Of a stretch of 55,714 bases of DNA, positions 12,051-23,540 are shown piece after piece; within the stretch, counting starts at the first letter, position 1; the number at the start of each line of letters is the position of its first letter. The stretch is from Octopus bimaculoides (lineage: Eukaryota). The stretch lies in the NCBI RefSeq assembly GCF_001194135.2, contig NC_068998.1:27418542-27474255 (forward strand). The letters run 5' to 3'. The position numbers and the translations under genes are program-made. Under the pieces are notes generated by a model. The model did not search any database and was not told the DNA's origin. It saw only the letters and a list, made by a program, of their open reading frames with translations.

Positions 12051-12402
12051 ATACCAATAACCTTAGGGTTGTGAATGAATAAGAGAACATTTTGTGATTG
12101 CTCAACCTGTAAGAGATCCCAATCCGAATAGCCCTGACACCACACCTATCGTTTTAAACAATGGAGGATATATTAGATAATGTACTTTTGTTTTGAATTA
12201 AAAGCTGGGATAGTCATGGCTGGAATGCCTTCAGTTATAGATCTGCTTTTTTTTTAGTATTGACCTAGTTCTACACAACAATAACTTAAGGAAGGGAAAG
12301 GTGAGGTCTTGCATATCAGTTTCTCTTACCCAATAAATTGCGAAATTCTGAAACTGACTTTCAGTACTAATTAATTGTTAATATTTCTGCAGTATTTAAG
12401 AT

Positions 12403-12615
12403 GGAGAGCTGGCAGAATTATTAACCTGCAGGCGAAATGCTTAGCAGCATTTCATCTGTCCTTACATTCTGAGCTCAAATTCCACAGAGGTCAACTTTGC
12501 CTTACATCCTTTCAAGGTCAATAAAATAATTATCTGTTGAGCACTGAGGTCAATGTAATTGACTCACTCCACTCCCTGAAATTGCTGGCATTGTGCCAAA
12601 ATTTGAAACCAGTAT
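12403..12615 (+). mobile_element. tRNA-derived SINE, family B
   Basis: gagctggcagaatt...aaatgcttagcagcatttc...ctgagctcaaattcc (B-box-like)...gtgccaaaatttgaaac. Confidence 0.8.
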
Positions 12616-13211
12616 TTCTGTGGTATTTTAGTACTGTTATTTGACTACATGTGTATTCTGATTGAGGAGAAATATGATCAAAGGTGTTCTAGTATGACCA
12701 TCCCAACTTTTTTTTTTTTTTTTTTGCTGACATAATGTGTGTATATCAAATTTATCCTTTATTGTTTTAAGACACTATTTTTCTGTGTATGTGACACTAT
12801 TTTTAGCAGGTTGAATACCACATGTAAAGCTCTCTTGTTTGTAAGAAGGACTTTGAAATAATCTTCTGTATTGAAACGATTTGATATTTACATGATCTGT
12901 CAGCTATAAGAAAAAGAACTTTCTGAATATTGAAGTGTTTTAATGTCATCTTGTGCTGGACTGCTGACAGATTGGTCAAGGTTTCACATTTAACTGCTTG
13001 AATCATTATGTTGTCTCCTTGAGTGAGTCATAACTCTTGCTTCTTCGAGTTTAATATATGAGTTTTACATAAGCCAATGAGGTTGCCTTTATGCTGTCAC
13101 TCCACCTACTACAAATAGTAACACACATTCTGTTAAATCATACCTTACTATCTTAATAGGAAAGGGATACATTGTTGTCCTGGATGTATGTATACTATCT
13201 AATAAAAAAGA

Positions 13212-13597
13212 GGTGGAGACGCAATGACCCAGTGGTTAGGGTAGTGGACTCGCGGTCATAGGATCGCGGTTTCGATTCCCAGACCGGGCGTTGTGAGTGT
13301 TTATTGAGTGAAAACACCTAAAAGCTCCACGAGGCTCCAGCAGGGGATGGTAGCGAACCCTGCTGTACTCTTTCACCACAACTTTCTCTCACTCTTACTT
13401 CCTGTTTCTGTTGTGCCTGTAATTCAAAGGGTCAGCCTTGTCACACTGTATCACGCTGAATATCCCTGAGAACTACGTTAAGGGTACGCGTGTCTATGGA
13501 GTGCTCAGCCACTTGCACGTTAATTTCACGAGCAGGCTGTTCCGTTGATCGGATCAACTGGAACCCTCGACGTCGTAAGCGACGGAGTGCCAACAAC
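13212..13597 (+). mobile_element. young full-length tRNA-derived SINE (family C) with 11-bp TSD
   Basis: A box tgacccagtggttagg, B box ggtttcgattccc, CpG-rich body, (CAA)n tail; identical TSD aataaaaaaga at 13201-13211 and 13598-13608. Confidence 0.9.
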
Positions 13598-15144
13598 AAT
13601 AAAAAAGACAGTGGTGGTCGTAGCCTTTGCTCATCAGATTGTTTGATCATGGCTGGATTGAGATTAAATAGTAACATCAGTGAAAGGGTTTACTCTTCCT
13701 GTTCCACAGTTGTGTGATTAGTAGAGAGAAAACCTAACTGCTGACAGAATTTGCTGACTAAAAACAGCCATATCATGAAAACATGAAAGAATTCAGTTGA
13801 AAACAGCAAGCAAACAAAACGTTCTTGAATCAGTTGGTTGTCTTCAATTCAACACATTTCCCTCTGTTGATGTTTTCCAGCTACAATAAAACATCCTATT
13901 GTTAGTAAATTGCACTGAACTCCCTATTTTTTCTATTAAGCTGAAAGTTGTGTGTTTTGTAAATAACTATTGATTTTTAAAATTTTTTGTTATCTGTCAT
14001 ATAATTGTACATGCCTTTCTCACTTGCTGAGAACAATTCCAACTTCCTTCCAACTTCCCTTTTAAACCAACCATTCTGTAGAGTCAGCAGGCATGAAATG
14101 AAATCTTTTTCTTCCAGAATAAAATATTTATATGACCTGTCATCACCATTGTTATTTTACCATCTTCATTAGCATCAACTACAATATTCTCATCATCACC
14201 ATCATCATCATCATCAGTGATAACCTCCTCCTTATTATCATCATCATTAGCTACAGTTTTCTTGTCACTGTCCTCTGTAACTTCCTCATTGTCATTATAT
14301 CTGCAGCACCAAGAAGCCTATGAGGGAGTTGCTACACGGTTGTTTGACCTGCTACAAATAGCAACCAAATCCCCTTCAAATGGCACCTTTATCATTTTTA
14401 AGTGTTTTGAAATAAAAATGCTTGTTGAACACAGATGAAATGTCTTTGCTTATGGATTTTCTCAATCAGGGCTGACCTGGGATCAGAACAACAGGTACAA
14501 CAATATTCACATAGTTAGCGTCATCATCTCTGTTTTATTTATAAAATTTCATTTAATCTCTGTTTAACCTCCAGGTAGGATAAACAGATTTTTTTAACAT
14601 ACGGCCTGCCTAGCCCTTTAAATGGATGAAACCTATGGAAGAGGGACATTAAGGAAGACGTGGGAATGCCTCAAATGGCATGTATAAGCGAGATGTGGTC
14701 CCTGACATTTGGGAGGGCAGTAGCTCCAAACAAAAATTAACTTGGACAGTAACAATCCATCCCACCCATACCATCATGAAAAAAGCAGACATAAATGGTG
14801 TGTGTGTGTGTGTGTGTGTGAAATTTAACTCCATTTATGAAACTGGTATACTTTAGAGTTGTACTTGTTTAGCTAATGATTTGATCTGAAGCGAAACAAT
14901 TACATTGATATTTGTGATGTTAGCTACCTAGTTCTACTTGAAAGGCTAGATCTCCCTCCTCGCTCCCAACATAAATTTATTCCACTGTTTGAATTATTGA
15001 TGTTACATTTGGTCAATGCAGAACATTACTAGTTTCCTCAGATTCAACTGTTTCATTACATGACTTGTCTAGTCAACTCCTCCTATCACATTTATTACAA
15101 ACCTCTTAATATGAAAATTTAGTCACGATATTTTGATTATTTAT

Positions 15145-15401
15145 CTTTTTATCTTTTTACTTGATTCAGTCATTAGACTGTGGCCATGCTGGGGCACTAA
15201 CTTGAAGGGTTTTAGTTGAACAAATTGACTCCAGGACTTATTTTTTAAGCCTAGCACTTATTTTACCAGTCTCCTTTGCCGAACCACTAAGTTACAATGA
15301 CATTCACTCACCAACACTGGTTGTTAAGCAGTGGCACGGGTCAAACACTGACACGAAGACACACACTCATAAATACATACATATAATCATTCATTCATAT
15401 A

Positions 15402-15435
<34 letters not shown>

Positions 15436-15595
15436 CGCGTGCACGTGCGACAGGCTTCTTTCAGTTTCTGTCTATCAATCCACTCACAAGGCTTTGGTCA
15501 GCTTAAGACTATAGAAGTCTCTTGCTGTGCGGTGAGACTGAACTTAGAACTATGTGCTTGGGAAGCAAGCTTCTTGCCACACAGCCATGTCTGCA
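15145..15595 (-). mobile_element. SINE family A with (TA)n core
   Basis: Full reverse-complement copy. Confidence 0.85.
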
Positions 15596-16269
15596 CTTAT
15601 TGTAATATATTTATCACATTGGTTGTCTTAGTTGTGGTTTTATCACTCTCATGTTAAAAATCTAAATCACACCATTACATTTATATAATATCTACATTTG
15701 TATTTCTTGAAGGGCTTGCTGTGGGGAGGCCCTTCCTTTGTCTTGAGTCTATAGCATGAAAAATAATTTCTGTATTATGTTTTATATCTTTTATAAATTT
15801 GACTTTAAAGTCTTGTCTTGGCAGTCTCTCTCTCTCTCTCTTTCTGTGTGTGTGTTTTGTAAAAATGTGTTGTTAATCTTGATCAGGTAATCCTATGGCA
15901 AACAAGGGGTTGGCCAAACAATGAAGTGTGACTCACATATTCATCTTAGTTACATTGTCTCTGATATGCAATGATAAATTGCATGAAGTGCTGTTGTAGT
16001 AACCTGGACATGTTGCACTCTCTGTACTGTCCTGTCTATTTGTGTATGCCAGTATATCCTGATGGTGGCCACCCAGTAGAAAGGGGGAAGGTAGGGTCCA
16101 AAATGCAACAGTATTTGTGTTTTATGTTACTATGAGCTGGGTGAGAGTGTTTTTAGGTGGTTGTAATAATACTGTGTTGTGTATGTGTGTATGTATGTAT
16201 GTATGTATGTATGTATGTGTGTATATATATATATATATACACACACATACATATATATATATATATGTG

Positions 16270-16495
16270 TGTGTGTGTATGTGTGTCTGTTTGACCCCAC
16301 TATTGGTTGACAATTGGTGTTGGTGTGTTTACGTCCCAGTAACTTAGCAGTTCAGCAAAAGAGAATGATAAAATAAGTACCAGGCTTCAAAAAGAAGTAG
16401 GTAGTGGGGTCTATTGATTCGATTAAAAATTCTTCAAGGTGGTGCCCCAGCATGGCCGCAGTCTAATGACTGAAACAAGTAAAAGATAAAAGATA
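16270..16495 (+). mobile_element. SINE family A, 3' half after a microsatellite
   Basis: gtttgacccc...ttgacaattggtgttggtgtgtttacgtcccagtaacttagc...gactgaaacaagtaaaaga. Confidence 0.8.
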
Positions 16496-16834
16496 TATAT
16501 ATGTATACATGTATGTATATATGTGTGTGTTAATATTCCTGGGTATTTTGTAGGGACAGGGAGAGAGCCATTGAATTTTCTTTCAGTAGTGTTTGTCTCC
16601 TTACATATCAAGGTAGTTTTTCATTTTTAGTATTTTTACTTGTTTGTGGGTGTGGTCCATCTACACTGTATTATGATGTGTAGGACTCTGTTTAGAGTTT
16701 GTAGTTTATTGTGGGAGAAATTGTGAACCTAAATAGAGCTGCCATATTTTGTAATAGGTCCAATGTAGGTTCATTTCCAATGATCAAATGTGGTACCCAT
16801 GAATAAACAAAATGTTTTTACTTTTTTCTTTCTC

Positions 16835-17035
16835 TTTTATCTTTTACTTGTTTTAGTCGTTAAACTGCGGCCATGCTGGGACACCATCTTGAAGAATTTT
16901 TAGTCGGATGTATTAGCCCCAATACTTATTTTTTTAAAGCTTAGTTCTTATTCTATTACTCTCTTTTGCCAAACTACTGTTACAGGGATGTAAACATCAG
17001 TAACTGTTGTCAAGCAGTGGTGGGGGACAAACACA

Positions 17036-17083
<48 letters not shown>

Positions 17084-17205
17084 GGGCTTCTTTTGGTTTT
17101 CATCTACCAAATCCATTCATATTGCTTTGGTCAGCCCAAGTAGAAGACACTTGCCCAAAGTGCTACACAGTGGGACTGAACCAAGCTTCTTACCATAACA
17201 GCTAC
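16835..17205 (-). mobile_element. SINE family A with (CA)n core
   Basis: Reverse-complement copy. Confidence 0.8.
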
Positions 17206-17373
17206 ACCTTCACCTGTTTTTTTTTTCCTCATCTTCTGAGTGTGTTGTATGTTAGTCTCACTCTTTTTGTATTTTGTAAGTGTTTGTGCTATGTTTTATG
17301 CTGTTCAGTATAATAGTTGGTTGCATTTGTTCTCTGATGTTGTTGGAAAAGAGAGGATTTGGTTGGTACTTAA

Positions 17374-17902
17374 ACTCTTTAGTATTCAAACTGGCCTAAA
17401 TATTCTAAATATTCCAACCTAAATATTCTACCATTCTTGTGTTAAAATTGGCCATATCTGGCCTCACACACCGACCCTAAATTGTTGTTCTAAAAATAAG
17501 CAATCACACCATGAAAATCTTAGCTACAACATAATGCATGATAAATTCAAAATAGGCACATGGCTCAGTGGTTACTGTTGGGATCACAATTATGGTGTAA
17601 TGAATCTGTTTATCTCACGTTGCCCCAGTTCACTCAGCTGTAGAAATGAGTTGCGATGTCACTGGTGCCAAGCTGTATCAACCTTTGCCCTTCCCTTTGA
17701 TAACATCGGTAGTGTGGGGAGGAGAGGCTGGTATGCATGGGTCAAGCAGTGGTGGCTTTCCATAAATAACCTTGCCCAGACTTGTGCCTCAGAGGGGAAC
17801 TTTCTAGCTGGAATCCCATGGTCATTCATGATCAAAAGGGGTCCTTCAAAATAATGTATATAAATAACCCTTACATTTGACAGCTATCTGAATGCTAAGG
17901 GG
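17374..17902 (-). mobile_element. piggyBac-type MITE (TTAA flanks) carrying a nested SINE
   Basis: ttaa at 17370-73 and 17903-06; termini (a)ctctttagtattcaaa / tctgaatgctaagggg. Body resembles the reverse complement of 43742-43960 and is interrupted at about 17558-17850. Confidence 0.6.
17558..17850 (+). mobile_element. tRNA-derived SINE (distinct family) nested in the MITE
   Basis: A-box-like tggctcagtggtt at the 5' end; GC-richer body gttcactcagctgtagaaatgagttgc...ggtcattcatgatcaaaagggg. Confidence 0.6.
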
Positions 17903-17945
17903 TTAAGTCTGTTGTTGAGGCAGGTTTCTGAACTGGGTTCAAATA

Positions 17946-19203
17946 CAGGGTGTTCCATAAAAAATGAATTCTTGTAAACATTTTACATATTTCTAATGAG
18001 TTATGTCTCCCATTTAGGTATGGAACACAATGTCAGTCATATGTCCATCTGCACTGAGTCTGCATACATTTATATGCTCCTCCAAATTTTCGATAACTCT
18101 CTCACAGATGTGTGGCCCAATGCCTCCAATCACATGCCTGGTTTCAGCCTTGAGTTCAGGAATTGTGTGTAATTTCTTGATGTATACCTGTGATTTCACA
18201 TGCCCCCAAAAGAAGAAATCACAAAGGGTAAGATCGCAGGACCTTGGTGGCCATGGTTGGTCACCATGCAAGGATATCACTCATTGCAGAAATTTTTTGT
18301 GGAGTAATGCAAGTGTTTGACGCAAAGTGTGGTAGGTCGCTCCATCCTGCTGAAACTAGAGGTTGTCAATCTTCATATCTTCCAAGTTCAGCCATAACTG
18401 AGTGTCTCGGTAACATTTTCCATTAATGGTAACTGCATTCCCCATCATCATTTTCAAAGAATGGTCCAAGCACCTGTCCAAAACCACACCACACCATACA
18501 GTCGCTTTCAGTGGATACATTTCATGCTCTTGCATTATTTGATGATTTTCATTTCCCCATATCCGGCAGTTCTGTTCGTGCCTTGTCACTGAAGATGATT
18601 TTCTTTGCAAAATTTTCATCAGCTGCAAGTCTCTCCATAACCCAGTCAGCAAGTTTCCACTGCCTCCCATGGTCAGGTGGCTGAAGATGCTGTGTAAGTT
18701 GAATTTTGTATGCATGCAAATGAAGGTCTTTATGCAAAATTCGATGTAATGAAGTGGTCAGGATGCCCAACTGCTGTGAACATTGGCGAATTGATTTTCC
18801 CATGCTCAGTGACACTTTTTCGCACAACATTTTGTTGCTCTGTCCAACGAGAATGATTCCACCCAGGCAATATGGCTGTTGCAACTGAACCAGTTGTTTT
18901 AAACTTCGTCATTAGTCTGCGAACTGTAGACTCTTTGGGTGCTTCATTTCTCCCCAAAATGGTATGAAGCGTTCCAGCTGTTTGCGTCGCACTTTCTCCG
19001 TTTTGGTAAAATGTCTTTATGATGAAAGCGCATTGCTCAGTTGTAAACTGCTCCATGACACACTGCTCACTATTCTGAAAAACAAACAAAAAAACTATTA
19101 ATCGGAGTGAAGAGAGATAGCAGACAAGATAAAAGCATGCCTTCAAACTTCAAAACACAAAAGCCATCCAATTCAAATTCAGCGTTTTTTACGGAATGCT
19201 CTA
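17946..19203 (-). mobile_element. full-length decayed Tc1/mariner transposon, DD41D (rosa-type), transposase pseudogene
   Basis: TA flanks at 17944-45 and 19204-05; TIRs cagggtgttccataaaaaa and its complement match at 14/19. Split frames give MEQFTTEQCAFIIKTFYQNGES...IIFSD...FQQDGATYHT...WPPRSCDLTLCDFFFWG. I count 41 residues between the second and third D; at least two in-frame stops plus frameshifts. Confidence 0.9.
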
Positions 19204-20330
19204 TAGTTGTGCAGCAGTGTCTAGAGAATGGAGGGGGAATACATGATGTTTGTAGGTTTTATGGTATTTTGAGAAAATCCTGTTTTTACAGGTTGAAAAA
19301 AGTGAGTAGAAGGACATATCCCTCTGGTACTTCATTCAAAGAAATTATAGGTACTGGAAGTATTGTTTCTACACACTATTATAAGCTTGGCAGTCTGAAA
19401 GGTAATCCGTTGTGTGTTTCTTAAAGTGGTGAATATTTTTTGTATGAACTGATAGAGGATGAATTGCTGGTGTCATTAGCTATTAGAATGGCACATATGT
19501 ATGGGAGTCTTTCTCTTTTTAACTATTGATGTCAGTATATATAATCTGTTAGGTTTTGTGAGCAGCATCTATGTCTGAATTTCATGTGACTTGGAGAAAG
19601 GGTTGCTTCGGTTAATGATGTCAAGGATTAGCCTTTCTAAAATTTTGGGGTTTTGCATAGGGAGTGATGGTTGTAAGTGAAGTTACTTCATTTGGGATTT
19701 TGATAAGCTTTTAAGACTTGTTTCAATTTTGCTTATCTTATCTTTGAGATTCTGGAGAATTTAATGTGGGTGTAGTTTGTGTGTGCCTGGTTAGATGGAT
19801 GTAGTGTCTGTGTGCACTGATAAGTAGATGAAGTGTCTGTTTGCGCACACACATACACAGATGGATTGATGTGTGTGTAGATGGGTGTAGTTTTGGGGGG
19901 ACAGGTGGGTGTATGTAGTTGGTGTGCTCTACATGTTGTCTTCCTTTCAATGCTAGTTTTATATCAAGCTCAACCTAACAAGTCAACGTTTATTTGTTAG
20001 GAGAGGGAAATTGTTATTAGTGAATACAGTACCGATCTGCTGCTGTATTTGTGTGTGTGTGTGTGTGTGCTTGCTGAAGGTGCTTATACATTCTTGTCCT
20101 ATTTAGCTGCTGGCAGCAGAATAGATAACAACTAAGTCTTAGGGAGCAGTGTGCTGAATAAAGTGGATTTTGGTAAATTTTCTGGCTTACTGTGCTAAGA
20201 TGATGAAATTCTTTTACACAAGAATAGAACAGAATCTGAAAATCAACAATTCATCCACTTGTCCCTTTAAAGGGTAGCAAAGTTCTCTCTTTCAACACAC
20301 ATATGCAATATATATATATATACATATATC

Positions 20331-20637
20331 ATGTATATAATGTAATGTATATATGTATATAATGTAATGTATATATGTATATAATGTAATGTATATATGT
20401 ATATAATGTAATGTATATATGTATATAATGTAATGTATATATGTATATAATGTAATGTATATATGTATATAATGTAATGTATATATGTATATAATGTAAT
20501 GTATATATGTATATAATGTAATGTATATATGTATATAATGTAATGTATATATGTATATAATGTAATGTATATATGCATATAATGTAATGTATATATGCAT
20601 ATAATGTAATGTATATATGTATATAATATAATGTAAT
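20331..20637. repeat. 22-bp tandem array (tatatatgtatataatgtaatg), about 14 units
   Basis: Near-perfect periodicity; source of the YIHYIIYIYTLH-type spurious ORFs. Confidence 0.95.
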
Positions 20638-20639
20638 TA

Positions 20640-20968
20640 TGCAGGAGTGGGTTGTAGTAAGTAGCTTGCTTACCAATCACATGGTTCCGGGTTCAGTCCC
20701 GCTGCATGGCACCTTGGGCAAGTGCCTTCTACTATAGCCTCAGATCGACCAAAGCCTTGTGAGTGGATTTGGTACACACAAAACTCAAAGTACCACGGTG
20801 TGTCTCCTCACCCTTGCTTGATAACCAATGTTGGTATATTTACGTCCCCGTATCTTAGTGGCTCAGCAAAAGAGACTGATAGAACAAGTACTAGACTTAC
20901 AAAGAATAAGACCTGGGGTCGATTTGTTCAACTAAAGGTAGTGCTCCAGCATGGCTGCAGTCAAACAA
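20640..20968 (+). mobile_element. SINE family A (microsatellite core deleted)
   Basis: gtggttgtagtaagtagcttgcttaccaatcacatggttccgggttcagtcccgctgc...ccagcatggctgcagtcaaa. Confidence 0.85.
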
Positions 20969-20974
20969 TGCCAG

Positions 20975-21226
20975 TACTGTGCTTGTGGCATGCAAAAAAC
21001 ACCATCCAAACATGATCGATGCCATGCCTGCCTGACTGCCTCCTGTGCCAGTGGCACATAAAAAACACCCACTACACTCTCGGAGTGGTTGGCATTAGGA
21101 AGGGCATCCAGCTGTAGAAACATTGCTAGAACAGATTGGAGCCAGGTGCAGCCACTGGTTCTCCAGACCTCAGTCAAACCGTCCAACCCATGCCAGCTGA
21201 AAAACGGACGTTAAATGATGATGATG
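20975..21226 (+). mobile_element. RTE 3' tail copy fused behind SINE A
   Basis: aaaacacccactacactctcggagtggttggcattaggaagggcatccagctgtagaaa...ggacgttaaatgatgatgatg. Confidence 0.85.
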
Positions 21227-21253
21227 TATATATAATGTAACGTAAAGTCTGTC

Positions 21254-21303
21254 ATACCGGCCATGACGAAGGGAAATAGCCCTGAAACTCGAGTCGCCTT
21301 TAT
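21254..21303 (+). ncRNA. minimal type I hammerhead motif with one extra A in the core (probably impaired)
   Basis: Stem I GGC 21259-61 / GCC 21296-98, then a 2x2 loop and AUA/UAU. Core C-A-UGACGA 21262-69; stem II AGGG-aaauag-CCCU; GAAA 21284-87; CUCGAG 21288-93; GUC triplet with the cut after 21295. Stem II through stem III differs from the 822-878 copy by one base. Confidence 0.75.
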
Positions 21304-21596
21304 ATATTTATATTTATATATTTAATCCTTTATATTGAACACACAATATTTCATCTACATTCAATACTTTCTTTCATGGTGCCATCCATTTTTATTTTAT
21401 TTTATTTTATATTATATATTGTATATTATATTATATATTGTATATTCCATATTCTATACCCCACATTGATTCTGCAGGAATATAAATAAAACTTAAAAAA
21501 CAGACAGTGTTGGAACTCTTTTAAACAAAATGTGTGCGTGTGTGTGTGCGTGTGCGTGTGTGTGCGCGTGCGTGCGTGTGTGTGTGTGTGTGTGTG

Positions 21597-21715
21597 TATA
21601 CATATATGTATGTAATGTGTGCATATATATGTATGTAATGTGTGCATATATATGTATGTAATGTATGCGTATATATGTATGTAATGTGTGCGTATATATG
21701 TATGTAATGTGTGCG
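21597..21715. repeat. 22-bp tandem array (tatatatgtatgtaatgtgtgc[a/g]) running into a gap
   Basis: About 5 units visible before the N run at 21716-21815. Confidence 0.9.
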
Positions 21716-21815
21716 NNNNNNNNNNNNNNNNNNNNNNNNNNNNNNNNNNNNNNNNNNNNNNNNNNNNNNNNNNNNNNNNNNNNNNNNNNNNNNNNNNNNN
21801 NNNNNNNNNNNNNNN

Positions 21816-21847
<32 letters not shown>

Positions 21848-23129
21848 CATACAATTTTTATGAATCACATGTAGTGAGAACTCAAATGAATTGACATACA
21901 TACAACCCAGGTTTTTTTTACTTCTACCCAGATTCTATTTATATTCAATAATCTAGCAATGCCTGATAGATAAGAGTTGTGAAAATGGCTGGTGCGATGG
22001 TGGCTGCAGCAAGGCTGATGTTGGTAATTAGGATGCAGGGGTAGAGTGAAGTATTGTGACCTAATGTGGAAGGTGTGAGACTGTTGTCAGAATTAAATCG
22101 GTTGATGCAGTAATGAAATGGTTCCACATAAGTCATTTGCTCCTGTTTAGTGAACTAATTATTTCCTATCTACACACATGCCTTACCTTAGACACTCTTT
22201 TAAGTTAACTTCATTGCACTTATAGTTCACATGAAATTCAATATTTACATTAAGAACTGTTTATATTAAGATAATATAACTCTGACTACCGATTTCATCC
22301 CTCCCCTTCCCACTTGAAACTTACCTTATATCCTGTCTTCAGTTCAAATTCCACTTTTCCTTCACAGCTTTCACTTTATATGTTTACTTACTCCCTATAT
22401 TCTGTGCCGTCAGGTAAGAAGGCTTACTTTTAAATCCCTCACTGTAAACATCTTACTTGTAAACCTTTCTTGTTTAATATTTAACCATATGGCTTATTCG
22501 TTAGGTTTTCTGACTGGCAGGTGGTAAGCTATCATATATACAAACTTAGACAGGATTAATCAGGCAATAGTAGGAGGTTAAACTAAACAGCTGACTCTGC
22601 CCTTAGGGACCTCTTTCTACAGCTGTCCTCTTCGGCATTCAGATTTCTTGCAACATTTATCTTCCTTCTGCTGCTGCTGCTATGTAAGTTGTACTATTTT
22701 GTTAATCATTTTACAGTTTTAGCTAGCTATATACATGCACTGAGTATATACACATACATTCATCAATTGCACACCAACCACAAAAGAAGCCACTATGCAT
22801 TGCTTAACATACTAGAAATAACAACCAAATCATCTTCAGGTTATATCCTGTCATCTTAAAAAAAAATAAGTAAGAATACATATGACAATGTAGTCACCTT
22901 GGTCATGGCTGGAATGTCTTTGATCCTAGGTGTACTTAATCCAGGTTGACCTGGGGCTAAATAAGAGCATACTAACAATATACTTGTGCAGACATACATT
23001 GACCAGCTTCACACGCACATGGCCATTGACACCGTGTGTATATTCTGTTAAAATGAATATTGATGCAGGGTGTTTTTGCAGTTAAAAATCGATTCTTTTT
23101 CAGATATATTTGATTATAGTTATCTCAAC

Positions 23130-23540
23130 TATAACTACACCTAAATGTTTCCAAGTTTGGATATTGTAACTATGTCAGAATAAAAATGTGCTTGAGTATA
23201 ACTTCAAAATATAGTTCTGCCTAGATATAACTCTACCAGAATACAGTTATGCTTGAATGTAATAACCGAAGCAGAATATACTTACATTAGAATATAGTTA
23301 CATCTGAATGTTAATAACTATATTTGAATATATACCAGAATACAGCTATACCTGGAGATAATAAATATACCAGAATATAACTATATCTTGATATAATAAC
23401 CATGCCATTGTATATCTATACTTGCATGTAACTATACCAGGATATAATAACTACCACAATGCACATTTATCAGAATATAGTTATATATCTTGATGTAACT
23501 GTACCAGATTATAGTGCACTATTGAATATAATACATATAA
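23130..23540. repeat. degenerate minisatellite built from alternating inverted subunits of about 16 nt
   Basis: Recurring ccagaatatagttat(a) alternating with (c/t)tg(g/a)atataactata; tatagtta and taactata are reverse complements. Confidence 0.7.

Noticed and set aside
13212-13285. tRNA gene
   Set aside because: A and B boxes are present, but there is no acceptor-stem closure or poly-T terminator. It continues into a SINE body with a TSD.
19210-19720. Possible LINE RT remnant on the minus strand (STRGICPSTHFFNL; also YHADG near 27050)
   Set aside because: The resemblance to the QG..LSP.LFN and YADD motifs is too weak and stop-ridden to support without an HMM search.
20267-20680. Repetitive ORFs and an array that might be taken for CRISPR
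   Set aside because: It is a contiguous 22-bp tandem repeat with no spacers and no cas genes, in a eukaryotic context.
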